DNA from: Planctomycetota bacterium
GTDB taxonomy: Bacteria > Planctomycetota > UBA11346
DNA: 64,000 bases
Assembly: GCA_038231435.1 (NCBI GenBank)
Contig: JBBRLJ010000024.1
Location: 1 to 64,000 of the forward strand
Reading direction: 5' to 3'
Below the pieces are notes generated by a model. That model did not search any database. It saw only the letters and a program-made list of their open reading frames with translations, and was not told the DNA's origin. Shown here piece by piece: positions 48,097 through 58,183 of the stretch (position 1 is the first letter of the stretch; each line of letters begins with the position of its first letter). Made by a program: the position numbers and the translations under genes.

Positions 48097-49310
48097 TGGG
48101 CGCCACCATCCCGCTCTGCGAACCCTGTCTCGACGGCAATGCCGAACGCTACCTGCAGGAGTGCCTGAAGAGCACCTTCGTCAGCTCGGTCGGCCCGTTC
48201 GTCGAGCGCTTCGAGCGCGAATTCGCCGCCTATGTCGGATCTCCGCACGCGGTGGCCTGCGCTAGCGGAACCGCCGCGATCCATCTCGCGCTGCGCGCGC
48301 TGGGCGTCGGACGCGGCGACCTGGTGCTGTGCGCCGACTTCACGTTCATCGCCACCGCCAACCCCGTCGTCTACCAGGGCGCCATCCCGTGCTTCATCGA
48401 CAGCGAACCGGCGAGCTGGAACATGGATCCGCGCCTGCTCGCGAATGCCCTCGACGAGCTCGCCGCCGAGAAGCGCCTGCCCAAGGCGGTGATCGCCGTG
48501 CACATCCTCGGCCAGCCCGCCGACCTGGGGCCGATCCTCGATGCCTGCGCTCGCCACCGCGTGCCGCTGATCGAGGACGCAGCCGAGGCGCTCGGCGCAT
48601 CCTACGGCGCGGGATACCCGCATCCCGCCTGCCGCGGCCGCCAGGTGGGCTCCATCGGGCATGTCGGCTGCTACAGCTTCAATGGCAACAAGATCATCAC
48701 CACCGGCGGCGGTGGCATGATCACCACCGCGGATGGCGACCTGGCCAAACGCATCAAGCACCTGTCGACCCAGGCCAAGCAGCCGGGGCTGGCGTTCGTA
48801 CACGATCATGTCGGCTACAACTACCGCATGCCCAACCTCAATGCCGCATTGGGCGTGGCGCAGCTCGAGCGCATGCCGGCGTTCCTGGCGCGCAAACGCG
48901 CGATCGCCGAGCGCTACCGCAGCGCCTGCTCCGAGCTCGGTTTCGCCTTCCAGCCCGCGCTCGTCGACGTCCAGCCGAGCTGGTGGCTGCCGTCGCTGAC
49001 GGTCGGATCGATCCGCGACAAGCTGCTCGAGCGCTTGACCGTGGCAGGCATCGGTGCGCGTCCGCTGTGGCTGCCGGTATCCGAGCAGCCGTGCTACGCA
49101 TCGTTGCCGTCGTCAGCGTCCTCGACGTCGGCTCCGGACGCCGTCGGCCCGGGGAGGCGCATCTGGAGCTCGGGACTCGCGAAGCGGCTGGCACGCGAAG
49201 GACTCAGCCTGCCGTGCTCGGTCGGACTCGACGAGGCCACGCAAGAGCGCGTGATCGCTGAACTCGCCAATGCCGCCAGGGCCGTCGCAACCGCGAGCGC
49301 CACCCGATGA
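48096..49310 (+). CDS. legC: LegC-family (DegT/DnrJ) sugar aminotransferase
   Basis: FVSSVGPFV, SGTAAIH, FTFIATANP, EDAAEALG, SFNGNKIITTGGGG, GYNYRMPNLNAA. Confidence 0.92.
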   Translation: MGATIPLCEPCLDGNAERYLQECLKSTFVSSVGPFVERFEREFAAYVGSPHAVACASGTAAIHLALRALGVGRGDLVLCADFTFIATANPVVYQGAIPCFIDSEPASWNMDPRLLANALDELAAEKRLPKAVIAVHILGQPADLGPILDACARHRVPLIEDAAEALGASYGAGYPHPACRGRQVGSIGHVGCYSFNGNKIITTGGGGMITTADGDLAKRIKHLSTQAKQPGLAFVHDHVGYNYRMPNLNAALGVAQLERMPAFLARKRAIAERYRSACSELGFAFQPALVDVQPSWWLPSLTVGSIRDKLLERLTVAGIGARPLWLPVSEQPCYASLPSSASSTSAPDAVGPGRRIWSSGLAKRLAREGLSLPCSVGLDEATQERVIAELANAARAVATASATR

Positions 49311-49363
49311 CCCAAGACACGAACGATGTTCGCCGGCAGTGGACGGATCGGAGCTCCGAATGA
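49307..49363 (+). other. Bridging mini-ORF (18 aa, MTQDTNDVRRQWTDRSSE)
   Basis: ATGA overlap with the legC stop and with the neuC start. Confidence 0.55.
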
Positions 49364-50541
49364 TGCAGCTCGCGGTATTCACCAGCGGTCGGCAGGACGT
49401 CGGCATCATCGCGCCGGTCCTGCGCGAGCTCGCCGCGACGGCCGGGGTGCGCACCGAGCTGATCTCGGGCGGCCTGCATATCGGCCGCGGCAAGGCCGGC
49501 CGCGGCGCGCCCAAGGATATCGAGGGCTACCGCGTCGCCGCGTCGATTCCGGCTTTTCCCGACGGCGATTCCGATCTCGCGGTCGCGCGCGCGGCGGGCG
49601 AGACGACCCTGCAGATGGCAGAGACGCTGGTCACGCTCGGCTCGCAGGCGCTGCTGCTCGCAGGCGACCGCTCAGAGACCCTGGCGGCCGCACTCGCCGC
49701 CACCTGCCTGCGCCTGCCGATCGTGCATCTGCATGGCGGCGAGGAATCCGCGGGCGCCATCGACAACGCCTGCCGCCACGCCCTCACCAAGCTCGCACAT
49801 CTGCACTGCGTCGCCCACGCGGATTTCCGCGCGCGCCTGATCGCCATGGGTGAACGCGAGGACCGCGTGCACGTCACCGGCGCGCCCGCCCTCGACCAGG
49901 CCTGGTCCACGCCGCTGGATAACGCCGAGGAGCTCGCGCGCTCCCTCGGCCGTCAGGCGCTGGGGCATCCCCTGATCGTGATGACCCACCATCCGACCAC
50001 CATCGGCGGGCTCTCGCCCACCATCGAAATCGCGGCGGTCATCGATGGCGTGCGCGCGGCGGTGCGCGATCGCCCGGATGCGCTGGTGGTCATGACCAAG
50101 GCCAACCACGACGCCGGCGGCGGCGCCATCAACCACCTGCTCGCGGCGCAGGCTTCGGTGGACAGCCGCTTCATGCTCGTGGATGCGCTCGGCACCCGAC
50201 GCTACTACAGCCTGCTGGCGCTCGCCGATGCGATGGTCGGCAACAGCTCGAGCGGGATCCTCGAGGCGCCGACATTCTCGCTGCCAGTGGTGAACGTCGG
50301 CGAGCGCCAGCGCGGGCGGCTGCGCATAGGCGCGGTCGCCGACGCGCCGACGCAAGGGCCGGCGATCGGCGCCGCGCTGTCCCGCCTGCTCGCCTCGCCG
50401 CGCGCAGCGGGTGTCCCGGTGGCCACCGCGTACGGCGATGGCCACGCGGCTGCGCGCGTACGTGCGGCGATCGAGGCCTTCGCCGCCGAGCCTGCGGAAG
50501 CGCGTCTCGACAAGACCCCGCGCAAGAAGGGCGCCGCATGA
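49360..50541 (+). CDS. neuC: Hydrolysing NDP-sugar 2-epimerase (NeuC/LegG), copy 1
   Basis: GDRSE, HLHGGE..GAID...RHALTKLAHLH, GNSSSGILEAP, N.GERQ.GR, YGDG. Confidence 0.9.
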   Translation: MMQLAVFTSGRQDVGIIAPVLRELAATAGVRTELISGGLHIGRGKAGRGAPKDIEGYRVAASIPAFPDGDSDLAVARAAGETTLQMAETLVTLGSQALLLAGDRSETLAAALAATCLRLPIVHLHGGEESAGAIDNACRHALTKLAHLHCVAHADFRARLIAMGEREDRVHVTGAPALDQAWSTPLDNAEELARSLGRQALGHPLIVMTHHPTTIGGLSPTIEIAAVIDGVRAAVRDRPDALVVMTKANHDAGGGAINHLLAAQASVDSRFMLVDALGTRRYYSLLALADAMVGNSSSGILEAPTFSLPVVNVGERQRGRLRIGAVADAPTQGPAIGAALSRLLASPRAAGVPVATAYGDGHAAARVRAAIEAFAAEPAEARLDKTPRKKGAA

Positions 50542-51617
50542 CCAGGAATCTGCCGGAGCCGACGCTCGCCTCGTTGGTGGTGCGCCCCGAGGACAGCATC
50601 ATCGAAGTGATGCGGGCAATCGACCGCAACGGCTTCGAGGTCGCGCTGGTGTGCGATACCGGGCGTCGGCTGCTCGCGGTGGTCACCGATGGCGACATCC
50701 GCCGCGCGCTCATCCGCGGCGACGCCCTGACCCGCGCCATCGAAGGCGTCGGAAAGACGGCATTCACCTCGCTGCCCCCGGGTTCCACCCGTGCCGAGGC
50801 CCTGCAGCTGATGCTCACCCTCGGGATCAAGTCGGTTCCGGTGATCGACGCGGACAAGCGGCTGGTCGACCTGCATACGGTGCAGTTGGCGCTGAACGCG
50901 GCGGCATGCGCATCGTGGGCCGTGGTCATGGCCGGCGGAAAAGGCGAGCGCCTGGGCGAGCTGACCACCGGCATGCCCAAACCCATGCTGCCGATCGGCG
51001 ACCGCCCGATCCTCGAGCACATCGTCCAGCACCTGGTCAGCCACGGCATCCGCAGGATCTTCCTCTCGGTCAATTACCTCGGCTCGATGATCGAGGATCA
51101 TTTCGGGGACGGCAGCCGCTTCCACTGCCGCATCGACTACCTGCGCGAGCGCGAACCGCTCGGCACCGGCGGCGCCCTGGGCCTGCTTCCAGAACGGCCG
51201 ACGGCGCCGGTGCTGGTGATGAACGGAGATCTGCTCACCCGCATCAACGTTGGCAAGCTGCTCGACTTCCATCGCGACGCCAAGGCGGCGGCGACGCTCG
51301 CGCTGCGCGACCACGTGGTGAAGGTCCCGTTCGGCGTTGCCGAGATCAGCGGCGATCGCATCACCCGGCTGGTGGAGAAGCCCGAGGTCTCGTACCTGAT
51401 CAATGCCGGCATCTACGTGCTCGAGCCGCAGCTGCTGGCGCTGATCCCGGCGGGCGTGAACTATCCGATCACCCGCCTGGTGGAGCAGTGCCTGGGCGAC
51501 GGGAACACAGTGGCCGCGTATCCCATGCAAGAGGTGTGGGCGGACATCGGCGTGCCCGAGGAATACGATTCGGGCACCGCCAAGCGCCGTCCAGCGGGCC
51601 GCGGCTCGGCCACGTGA
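50538..51617 (+). CDS. CBS-domain sugar-phosphate nucleotidyltransferase (PtmE-like)
   Basis: VVTDGDIRR CBS pair; MAGGKGERL, PKPML, VMNGD, EKP, WADIG. Confidence 0.92.
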   Translation: MTRNLPEPTLASLVVRPEDSIIEVMRAIDRNGFEVALVCDTGRRLLAVVTDGDIRRALIRGDALTRAIEGVGKTAFTSLPPGSTRAEALQLMLTLGIKSVPVIDADKRLVDLHTVQLALNAAACASWAVVMAGGKGERLGELTTGMPKPMLPIGDRPILEHIVQHLVSHGIRRIFLSVNYLGSMIEDHFGDGSRFHCRIDYLREREPLGTGGALGLLPERPTAPVLVMNGDLLTRINVGKLLDFHRDAKAAATLALRDHVVKVPFGVAEISGDRITRLVEKPEVSYLINAGIYVLEPQLLALIPAGVNYPITRLVEQCLGDGNTVAAYPMQEVWADIGVPEEYDSGTAKRRPAGRGSAT

Positions 51618-51679
51618 GATATGCGCGTGGGCGCGGGGTTGCGCGCCAGCCGAGCGGCAGGTCCAGGTCGCCGACGTGA
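51614..51679 (+). other. Bridging mini-ORF (21 aa)
   Basis: GTGA overlaps at both ends (nucleotidyltransferase stop; flippase start). Confidence 0.5.
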
Positions 51680-53205
51680 GCATCCGCCGCTTCGCCACCG
51701 CTAGCGCGTGGATCTCTGGCGGACTGCTCGCTGGGCGTCTCGCGGGCTTCGTGCGCGAGTCGACCGTCGCGGCGACCTTCGGTGCCGGTGAACGCGCGGA
51801 CGCGGCGGTGCTGGTGCTGACCGTGCCCGACCTGCTGGTGAACATCCTCGCGGGTGGCGCACTGTCGGTGGCGCTGGTGCCGGAGTTCACCCGTCGCGCG
51901 CACGCTGATGGGCGCCGGCTGTTCCTGCGCGCGAGCGCGATCGTGGCGCTGGCCTTCGCGGCAGTCGCCATGGTCCTGGCGGTGGTTCCAGGCGTGCTGG
52001 TGTCCGCCCTTGCACCCGGGCTTCCCTCCGCCGCCATCGTCGACATCTCGGCACCGATGCGCTGGGTGTTGTGGTCGATCCCGCTGACCGCGCTCGCGGG
52101 CGTCAGCACCGCCTATCTGCAGGCCCGAGGACGCTTCGCGGTCGCGGCGCTCGGGACCCTGATCTTCAATACGGTGGTGATCGTCGGGCTGTTCGCGCTG
52201 GTGCGCCAGCGCGGTTCGCTCGACCTGCTGGCCCTCGCGATCATCGCCGCGTCGCTGGCGCGCTGGCTCAGCCAGCTCGCCGCCCTGCCCGGGCCGGACC
52301 TGTCGCGATCCGCGACTGGCGAGGTCCGGCCAGCGACGGACCTCGCCGCATCGCTCATGGCGCGCTACGGCCAGGCGCTGCTCGCAGGTGGATTCCTGCT
52401 GCTGCTGCCGGTGGTGGTGCGCGCGATCGCCTCGTGCGGAGACGCGGGCGGGATCGCCCGGATCAACTACGCGACCAAGCTGGTGGAACTGCCACTCGGC
52501 GCCTGCGTCACGGTGCTGTCGGTGGCGCTCTTCCCGAGGCTGTCCGAGCATTTCGGCGCGGATGCGCGCTCTCCCGCCGCCGCCACGCTGCTGCGCGAGG
52601 GGGTGCTCGCGGTTCTGGCATTGGCGCTGGCGGCGACGGTGGCCACCACCTGGTTCAGCGCCGAACTCGCGCGACTCGCCTTCGGCTGGGGCGGCATGGG
52701 CGACGACGCGATCGCGGCGGTGGGCGCGCTGGCGGCGATCGGGTTCCTGTCGCTGCCTGCGCAGGGCGTGTCGAGCCTGGTGGTGGCCGCCTTCAACGCC
52801 AAGCGCGACGTGGCGACGCCGATGTGGATCAACCTCCTGGCCTTGCCCGCGCTCGCTGGGGTGGGCTGGATCGCCTCCGGACGCTGGGGCCTGGTGGGAT
52901 TGATGGCGGCGCTCACTGGCACCTATTGGCTGGTCGCCATCACCCAGGTGGCGGCGCTGCAGATCCGTCACGGCATCGCGCTCGCGCCGACCCTGTGCGG
53001 GTTGCCCGCGGCCCGCTTGCTGGTCGCCTGCGTGCTCGGCTTCGCTCCGGTTGCGGCGTTGTGCCTGGTCTGGCATCCAGGCCGATTCGCCGCCACGGCT
53101 CTCGCTGGCGTGGGCTTCCTACTCGCCAACGGGGCGTGCGTGCTGGCCACCCCGCACTGGCGATCGCGCGCCCTGCATCCACGCCTGGCCAAGCCCTCGC
53201 CATGA
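51676..53205 (+). CDS. MurJ/MviN-like (MOP) flippase
   Basis: GRLAGFVRE..VAATFG...AD, ALVPEF, YATKLVELPLG, LFPRLS; about 13 TM segments. Confidence 0.88.
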   Translation: MSIRRFATASAWISGGLLAGRLAGFVRESTVAATFGAGERADAAVLVLTVPDLLVNILAGGALSVALVPEFTRRAHADGRRLFLRASAIVALAFAAVAMVLAVVPGVLVSALAPGLPSAAIVDISAPMRWVLWSIPLTALAGVSTAYLQARGRFAVAALGTLIFNTVVIVGLFALVRQRGSLDLLALAIIAASLARWLSQLAALPGPDLSRSATGEVRPATDLAASLMARYGQALLAGGFLLLLPVVVRAIASCGDAGGIARINYATKLVELPLGACVTVLSVALFPRLSEHFGADARSPAAATLLREGVLAVLALALAATVATTWFSAELARLAFGWGGMGDDAIAAVGALAAIGFLSLPAQGVSSLVVAAFNAKRDVATPMWINLLALPALAGVGWIASGRWGLVGLMAALTGTYWLVAITQVAALQIRHGIALAPTLCGLPAARLLVACVLGFAPVAALCLVWHPGRFAATALAGVGFLLANGACVLATPHWRSRALHPRLAKPSP

Positions 53206-53216
53206 GCCTCCTGTGA
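53202..53216 (+). other. Bridging mini-ORF (4 aa, MSLL)
   Basis: ATGA with the flippase stop; GTGA with the next start. Confidence 0.45.
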
Positions 53217-54094
53217 TCCGCCTGATCCTGATCACCAATAGTCCAGCGCTCGCGGCGCACGGCGCCGCCTGCGGCGTCGGCCGGGTCATGGTCGATCTCG
53301 AGATCCTGGGCAAGCACGAGCGCCAGGGCCACCTCGATACGCTGATCAGCGCCCACGCGATGTCCGACGTGCGGCCGGTGCGCGAAGCGGTGGCCGCCGC
53401 CAGAGCTGGGGCAGGGGCCGCCGAAGTGATGGTGCGCCTCAATCCGCTCCACGCCGGCAGCGGTGGCGAGATCGACGGCGCGATCGCGTCCGGCGCCGAG
53501 CTGCTGATGCTGCCGATGTGGCGCACCGCGTCAGAGGTGCGCGCGTTCTGCTCGCTGGTGCGCTCTCGCGCGCGCGTGGTGCCGCTCGTCGAGACCCCGG
53601 AGGCGATGCGCTGCGTGGGCGAGGCGGCGCGCGTGGAGGGGGTCTCCGAGCTCTACATCGGCTTGAACGACCTCCATCTCGGCCTCGGCATGACCTTCAT
53701 GTTCGAGCCGCTCGCCTCGGGACTGGTCGACGGCATGGCGCGCGATATCCGCGAGGCGGGCAAGCCCTTCGGTTTCGGCGGCATCGCCCGCGTTGGGCAG
53801 GGGACGCTGCCGGCGGAACGCATCCTCGGCGAGCACGTGCGGCTCGGGTCCTCGGCGGTGATCCTGTCGCGGGCGTTCCACGGTCAGGCTAAAGGCCTCG
53901 ATGGCCTGCCAGCTGGCCTCGACCTGGCGAGCGAGATCGCGGCGCTGCGCGCGGCCGAAACCAGGCTGCGGCAGCGCGATGCCGCGGCTGTCGAGGCCGA
54001 TCGCCTGGCGGTGGGCGCCGGCGTCGCGGAGATCGTCTTCGCCATCCGCGCCCGTCCGGCCAAGGATCCGCAGCGCGCGGGTGGCCGGCCGTGA
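53213..54094 (+). CDS. HpcH/HpaI aldolase/citrate lyase family protein
   Basis: VDLE..GK.ERQ, VRLNP, PLVET, YIGLNDLH, FGFGGIAR, ILSRAF. Confidence 0.85.
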   Translation: MIRLILITNSPALAAHGAACGVGRVMVDLEILGKHERQGHLDTLISAHAMSDVRPVREAVAAARAGAGAAEVMVRLNPLHAGSGGEIDGAIASGAELLMLPMWRTASEVRAFCSLVRSRARVVPLVETPEAMRCVGEAARVEGVSELYIGLNDLHLGLGMTFMFEPLASGLVDGMARDIREAGKPFGFGGIARVGQGTLPAERILGEHVRLGSSAVILSRAFHGQAKGLDGLPAGLDLASEIAALRAAETRLRQRDAAAVEADRLAVGAGVAEIVFAIRARPAKDPQRAGGRP

Positions 54095-54648
54095 AACGCG
54101 TGTTCGACGTGGTAGTCGCGCTGATCGCGCTGATCGCGCTGTCACCGCTCCTGATCCTCACCGCGCTGGTGGTGGTGTCGACCTCCCGTGGCGGGGTGTT
54201 CTTCCGCCAGGACCGCGTCGGCCGGGGCGGCGCCACCTTCCGCATCTTCAAATTCCGCAGCATGGTCGCCGGCGCAGACCGCGTCGGCCCCTATTCGACG
54301 GCTCCCGGTGACGCGCGCATCACCCGCGTCGGCCACGTGTTGCGGCGCACCAGCATCGATGAATTGCCGCAGCTCCTGAACGTGATCATGGGCCACATGA
54401 GCCTGGTCGGGCCGCGCCCCGATGTGCCCGCGCAGCGCGAGCTGTACAGCGAGGACGAATGGCGCTCCCGCCACGCCGTCAGGCCGGGCATCACCGGGCT
54501 GGCCCAGGCCACGCTGCGCTCGGCCGCGACCATGGAGCAGCGCAAGGCGCTCGATCTCGACTACGCGTCGCGGCCATCGCTGTGGTTCGATCTGCGCATC
54601 ATGGCCATGACCATCAAGCAGGTGCTGTTCAAGGGCGGCAACCACTAG
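54091..54648 (+). CDS. Initiating phosphoglycosyl (sugar) transferase
   Basis: [52 protein letters not shown]. Confidence 0.94.
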   Translation: MKRVFDVVVALIALIALSPLLILTALVVVSTSRGGVFFRQDRVGRGGATFRIFKFRSMVAGADRVGPYSTAPGDARITRVGHVLRRTSIDELPQLLNVIMGHMSLVGPRPDVPAQRELYSEDEWRSRHAVRPGITGLAQATLRSAATMEQRKALDLDYASRPSLWFDLRIMAMTIKQVLFKGGNH

Positions 54649-54716
54649 TGCGCAACTTCCGCGGAACGGACGTTTCCCGGATTGAACCCGTCACTCCGGC
54701 CGTGTCTGGCGCATGA
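54648..54716 (+). other. Bridging mini-ORF (22 aa)
   Basis: TAGTG overlap upstream, ATGA overlap downstream. Confidence 0.5.
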
Positions 54717-55891
54717 AGAGCATCCTCGCTATCGCCTACGGTGGCGGACACATCGCCTGCCTGCTGCCGGTCGTCGAGCGCCTGCGCGCGCGCGGAGACC
54801 GCGTCGAGCTGCTCGCCCTGACCACCGCGGCCTCGGTCTGCGCCGCGCGCGGCATCGCGCATCGCCGGTTCGCCGACTTCGCCGAGATCCAGGATGCGCG
54901 CTCGCGCGTGCACGGAGAACGCCTCGCCGGCGATCAGCCCGCCAACGCGGCGGTGCCGCGCGCTGAGACCGTCGCCTACCTCGGCGCGAACTACCGTGAC
55001 CTCGAGGACGCGATCGGGGCGGACGCCGCGGCCACGCGCTTCGCTGGCGAGGGCCGTCAGTGCTTCCTGCCGGTCGCCTCACTCACCGCGATCCTGCGTT
55101 CGCTGCGCCCCGACGTGGTGCTCGCCACCTCCGCTCCACGCGCCGAGCGCGCTGCGGTGATCGCTGCGCGTTCGCTCGGCATCCCCACCGTGGTGGTGGT
55201 CGATCTGTTCGGGATGTGGGAGGACTGGCTGGTGGACGCGGCGTACGGCGACGCGGTCTGCGTACTCTCAACCTCGGTGAAGGAGCGGCTGGTGGCCGCG
55301 GGACGGCCCGCCATGCACATCACCGTCACCGGCAACCCCGCATTCGACCGGCTCGGCGATCCCACGCTGCGACTGCGCGGCCTCGAGCTGCGCGCGGCGC
55401 GTGGTTGGAGCGATCACCGCGTCGTGACCTGGGCGAGCCAGCCGGAACCCGATGACCCGCGGCTGCCGCGCCGCATCGAGGAGCAGCTGATCGCGGCGCT
55501 GCCGTCGCATCCGGACTGGCAGCTGGTGCTGCGCCCGCATCCGAGCGACAGCCATGCTCCGCCCGCCGCCGCCGACCGTCTGGCGATCAGCACCCGCGAA
55601 GACGATCTGCATACCCTGCTCGCTGCGAGCGACGCGGTGGTGACCATGACCTCGACCGTGGGCCTGGAGGCGGTCATCGCCGGCAAGCCGCTGGTCACTT
55701 GGGACCGCAGCCAGAATACCCGCTACTGTCCTTACAGCGAGATGGGCCTGTCGCGCGGAGTCACCGAGCTGTCGGCCCTGCCTTCCGCAATCGCCGAGGC
55801 GCTGGCTGGCGGAATCCCCAAGCCGTCGCTGCCGCCGGTCGGCGGCTCCGGCGAACGTGTCGTCGCCGTGATCGACCGGGTGGCACCATGA
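54713..55891 (+). CDS. GT-B glycosyltransferase (candidate nonulosonate transferase)
   Basis: GGGH start, VTGNPAFD, LRPHP, MTSTVGLEA. Confidence 0.75.
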   Translation: MKSILAIAYGGGHIACLLPVVERLRARGDRVELLALTTAASVCAARGIAHRRFADFAEIQDARSRVHGERLAGDQPANAAVPRAETVAYLGANYRDLEDAIGADAAATRFAGEGRQCFLPVASLTAILRSLRPDVVLATSAPRAERAAVIAARSLGIPTVVVVDLFGMWEDWLVDAAYGDAVCVLSTSVKERLVAAGRPAMHITVTGNPAFDRLGDPTLRLRGLELRAARGWSDHRVVTWASQPEPDDPRLPRRIEEQLIAALPSHPDWQLVLRPHPSDSHAPPAAADRLAISTREDDLHTLLAASDAVVTMTSTVGLEAVIAGKPLVTWDRSQNTRYCPYSEMGLSRGVTELSALPSAIAEALAGGIPKPSLPPVGGSGERVVAVIDRVAP

Positions 55892-56019
55892 CCATCCACC
55901 CTGACCACCCACGCTCGCGGCCTCGGTCTTGCGCCACCATATCCCATGACCCAACGTCTCCATCCATGACCAATCGCCGACCGACCGTGCGCACCTGCTC
56001 CGACGCGGATCATCCATGA
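55888..56019 (+). other. Bridging mini-ORF (43 aa)
   Basis: ATGA overlaps at both ends (glycosyltransferase stop; neuB start). Confidence 0.55.
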
Positions 56020-57071
56020 GCGGAATCCCCGAACTCGACATCGGCATCCGGCGCATTGGACCGGGACACCCGTGCTTCATCATCGCCGAGGCCGGCGTCA
56101 ATCACGATGGCGATTACGATCAGGCGCGCCGGCTGATCGACGCCGCCGCCACTGCCGGCGCCGATGCGGTCAAGTTCCAGACCTGGCGCACCGAGCTGAT
56201 CTGCAAGCCCGGTGCCGCCACCGCCGCGTACCAGCAGGAGGCCACCGGCGCCGCCGACCAGTTCGCCATGCTCAAGGCTCTGGAGCCGCCCCAGGCCTGG
56301 CATGCGCCGCTGCGCGATCACGCGCGTGCGCGCGGCATCCTCTTCCTATCAACGCCTGACGAGATCGTCAGCGCGCGCTTCCTGCACGCGCTCGGGCTGC
56401 CGCTCCTGAAGATCGGTTCGGCTGAGCTCGACAACCTGCCGTTCCTGCACGCTGTCGGCGGTCTGTGCACGCCGATCCTGCTGTCCACCGGCATGGGCGA
56501 CCTGGCCGAGGTCGCCGCCGCGCTCGACGCCCTGCGCGCCGGCGGCTGCCCAGGCATCGGCCTGTTCCACTGCGTGAGCGACTATCCAGCGCCATTGGCG
56601 CAGATGAACGTGCGCGCGATCGAGACCCTGCGCCGCGCCTTCGGCGTGCCGGTGGGGCTCAGCGACCACTATCCAGGCGTGGAAGCGGCGCTGGCGGCGG
56701 TCGGCGTCGGCATGGACATCTGGGAGAAGCACTTCACCACCGATCGCGCGCGCAGCGGCCCGGACCATCGCATGAGTCTCGAGCCCGCCGAGCTGAAGGC
56801 GCAGATCCTGGCGGTGCGCGCGGCAGAGACCGCGTTGGGCGACGGCCGCAAGGTACCTCAGGCGTCCGAGCTCGCCACCCGCGCGGTGGTGCGCAAGCGC
56901 CTGTGCGCGGCGCGCGCCCTGCCCGCCGGACACGTGCTGGCTGCCGACGATCTCACCGGGCTGCGCGCCGAGCGCGGCCTGCCCATCTCGGCATGGAGCG
57001 CGGTGATCGGCCGCCGCCTGGCGCGCGCGGTCGGACATCTCGACGCGCTGGTCGACGAGGATCTCGGCTGA
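56016..57071 (+). CDS. neuB: Nonulosonic acid synthase (NeuB/LegI)
   Basis: IIAEAGVNHDG, DAVKFQT, KIGS, LSTGM, HCVSDYP, GLSDH, EKHFT, GPDH; C-terminal SAF domain. Confidence 0.95.
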   Translation: MSGIPELDIGIRRIGPGHPCFIIAEAGVNHDGDYDQARRLIDAAATAGADAVKFQTWRTELICKPGAATAAYQQEATGAADQFAMLKALEPPQAWHAPLRDHARARGILFLSTPDEIVSARFLHALGLPLLKIGSAELDNLPFLHAVGGLCTPILLSTGMGDLAEVAAALDALRAGGCPGIGLFHCVSDYPAPLAQMNVRAIETLRRAFGVPVGLSDHYPGVEAALAAVGVGMDIWEKHFTTDRARSGPDHRMSLEPAELKAQILAVRAAETALGDGRKVPQASELATRAVVRKRLCAARALPAGHVLAADDLTGLRAERGLPISAWSAVIGRRLARAVGHLDALVDEDLG

Positions 57072-58183
57072 TGAAAGCCGAGCCGCTGCGCCTGTGCGTG
57101 GTCTCGACCAGCCGCAGTGATCTGGGCCTGCTACTGCCGGTGGTGCGGGCGGCCAGCGCTGATCCGCGCTTCACGGCGCGCTTGGTGGTCACCGGCACGC
57201 ATCTCGCCGAGGGCACTCCCGACCCGGCCGAGCTTGCCGGCGTGGCCTCCACCCGGCTACCGCGGCCCGCGGATTCGCTCGGCCTCGTGCATCAGCAGGC
57301 GTTGCTGACATCGCTCGTGGACACCAAGACCGAGGCCGTGCTGCTGCTGGGCGATCGGTTGGAGCTGCTCGAGGCGTTGCTGCCGCTGGTGCGCGCCCGC
57401 GTCGCCATCGCGCACTGCTCGGGCGGAGAGACCACCGCGGGCGCCTGGGACGACCTGGTGCGCGACGCGGTCACCCGCCTCGCGCACCTGCACTATCCCG
57501 CGCACGAGCATGCGGGTGCATCGCTGCGCGCGCGTGGCGAGCAGGCGTGGCGGATCGCGGTGGTCGGAGAGCCGGGCCTGGACGCGATCCGCACCGAGCC
57601 ACGGATGTCCCCCGAGGCCCTGGCTGGGATCTGCGGCCGCGTCCCAACCCGCGACGATCTGCTGGTGGCGGTGCATCCGGTGACCGGGGTTCCGGGCGAG
57701 CTCGAGACCATCCTCGAGGCGGTATCCGGATTAGCGGAGACGTGGCCAGGCGCACTGTTCCTGTCGTCTCCGAACGGCGATCCGGGCAGTGACGACATCC
57801 GCGCCGCGTGGACGGCGCTCGCTCGCGCGCATTCGCGCGTGGTTGTGCTGGGCAACCACGGCGCCGCGTTCTTCCGTTCGCTGACCGCCGCCTGCGCGGT
57901 GGTGGTGGGCAACAGCAGCAGCGGTCTGGTCGAAGCGCCATCCTTGGGTACGCCTACCGTGGACGTCGGTTCGCGGCAGGGAGGGCGCCTGCGTGGTCCG
58001 AGCGTGGTGGACTGTCCGGCCGCGAGCGCCGTGGCGTTGTTGGCTGCCACGCGCACGGCGATCGCCAAGCGTACGCTCGCCAGCATGGACACGAATCCGT
58101 ATGGCGACGGCCGGGCGGTTCCCCGTTTGCTGGACCACCTCTGGGCCACCGCGCGACGTGCCGACGTGTTGATCAAGCCATGA
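57071..58183 (+). CDS. neuC: Hydrolysing NDP-sugar 2-epimerase (NeuC-like), copy 2
   Basis: SRSDLG, TGTHL, LGDRLE, GGE.T.GAWDD..R.AVTRLAHLH, GNSSSGLVEAP, NPYGDG. Confidence 0.87.
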   Translation: MKAEPLRLCVVSTSRSDLGLLLPVVRAASADPRFTARLVVTGTHLAEGTPDPAELAGVASTRLPRPADSLGLVHQQALLTSLVDTKTEAVLLLGDRLELLEALLPLVRARVAIAHCSGGETTAGAWDDLVRDAVTRLAHLHYPAHEHAGASLRARGEQAWRIAVVGEPGLDAIRTEPRMSPEALAGICGRVPTRDDLLVAVHPVTGVPGELETILEAVSGLAETWPGALFLSSPNGDPGSDDIRAAWTALARAHSRVVVLGNHGAAFFRSLTAACAVVVGNSSSGLVEAPSLGTPTVDVGSRQGGRLRGPSVVDCPAASAVALLAATRTAIAKRTLASMDTNPYGDGRAVPRLLDHLWATARRADVLIKP

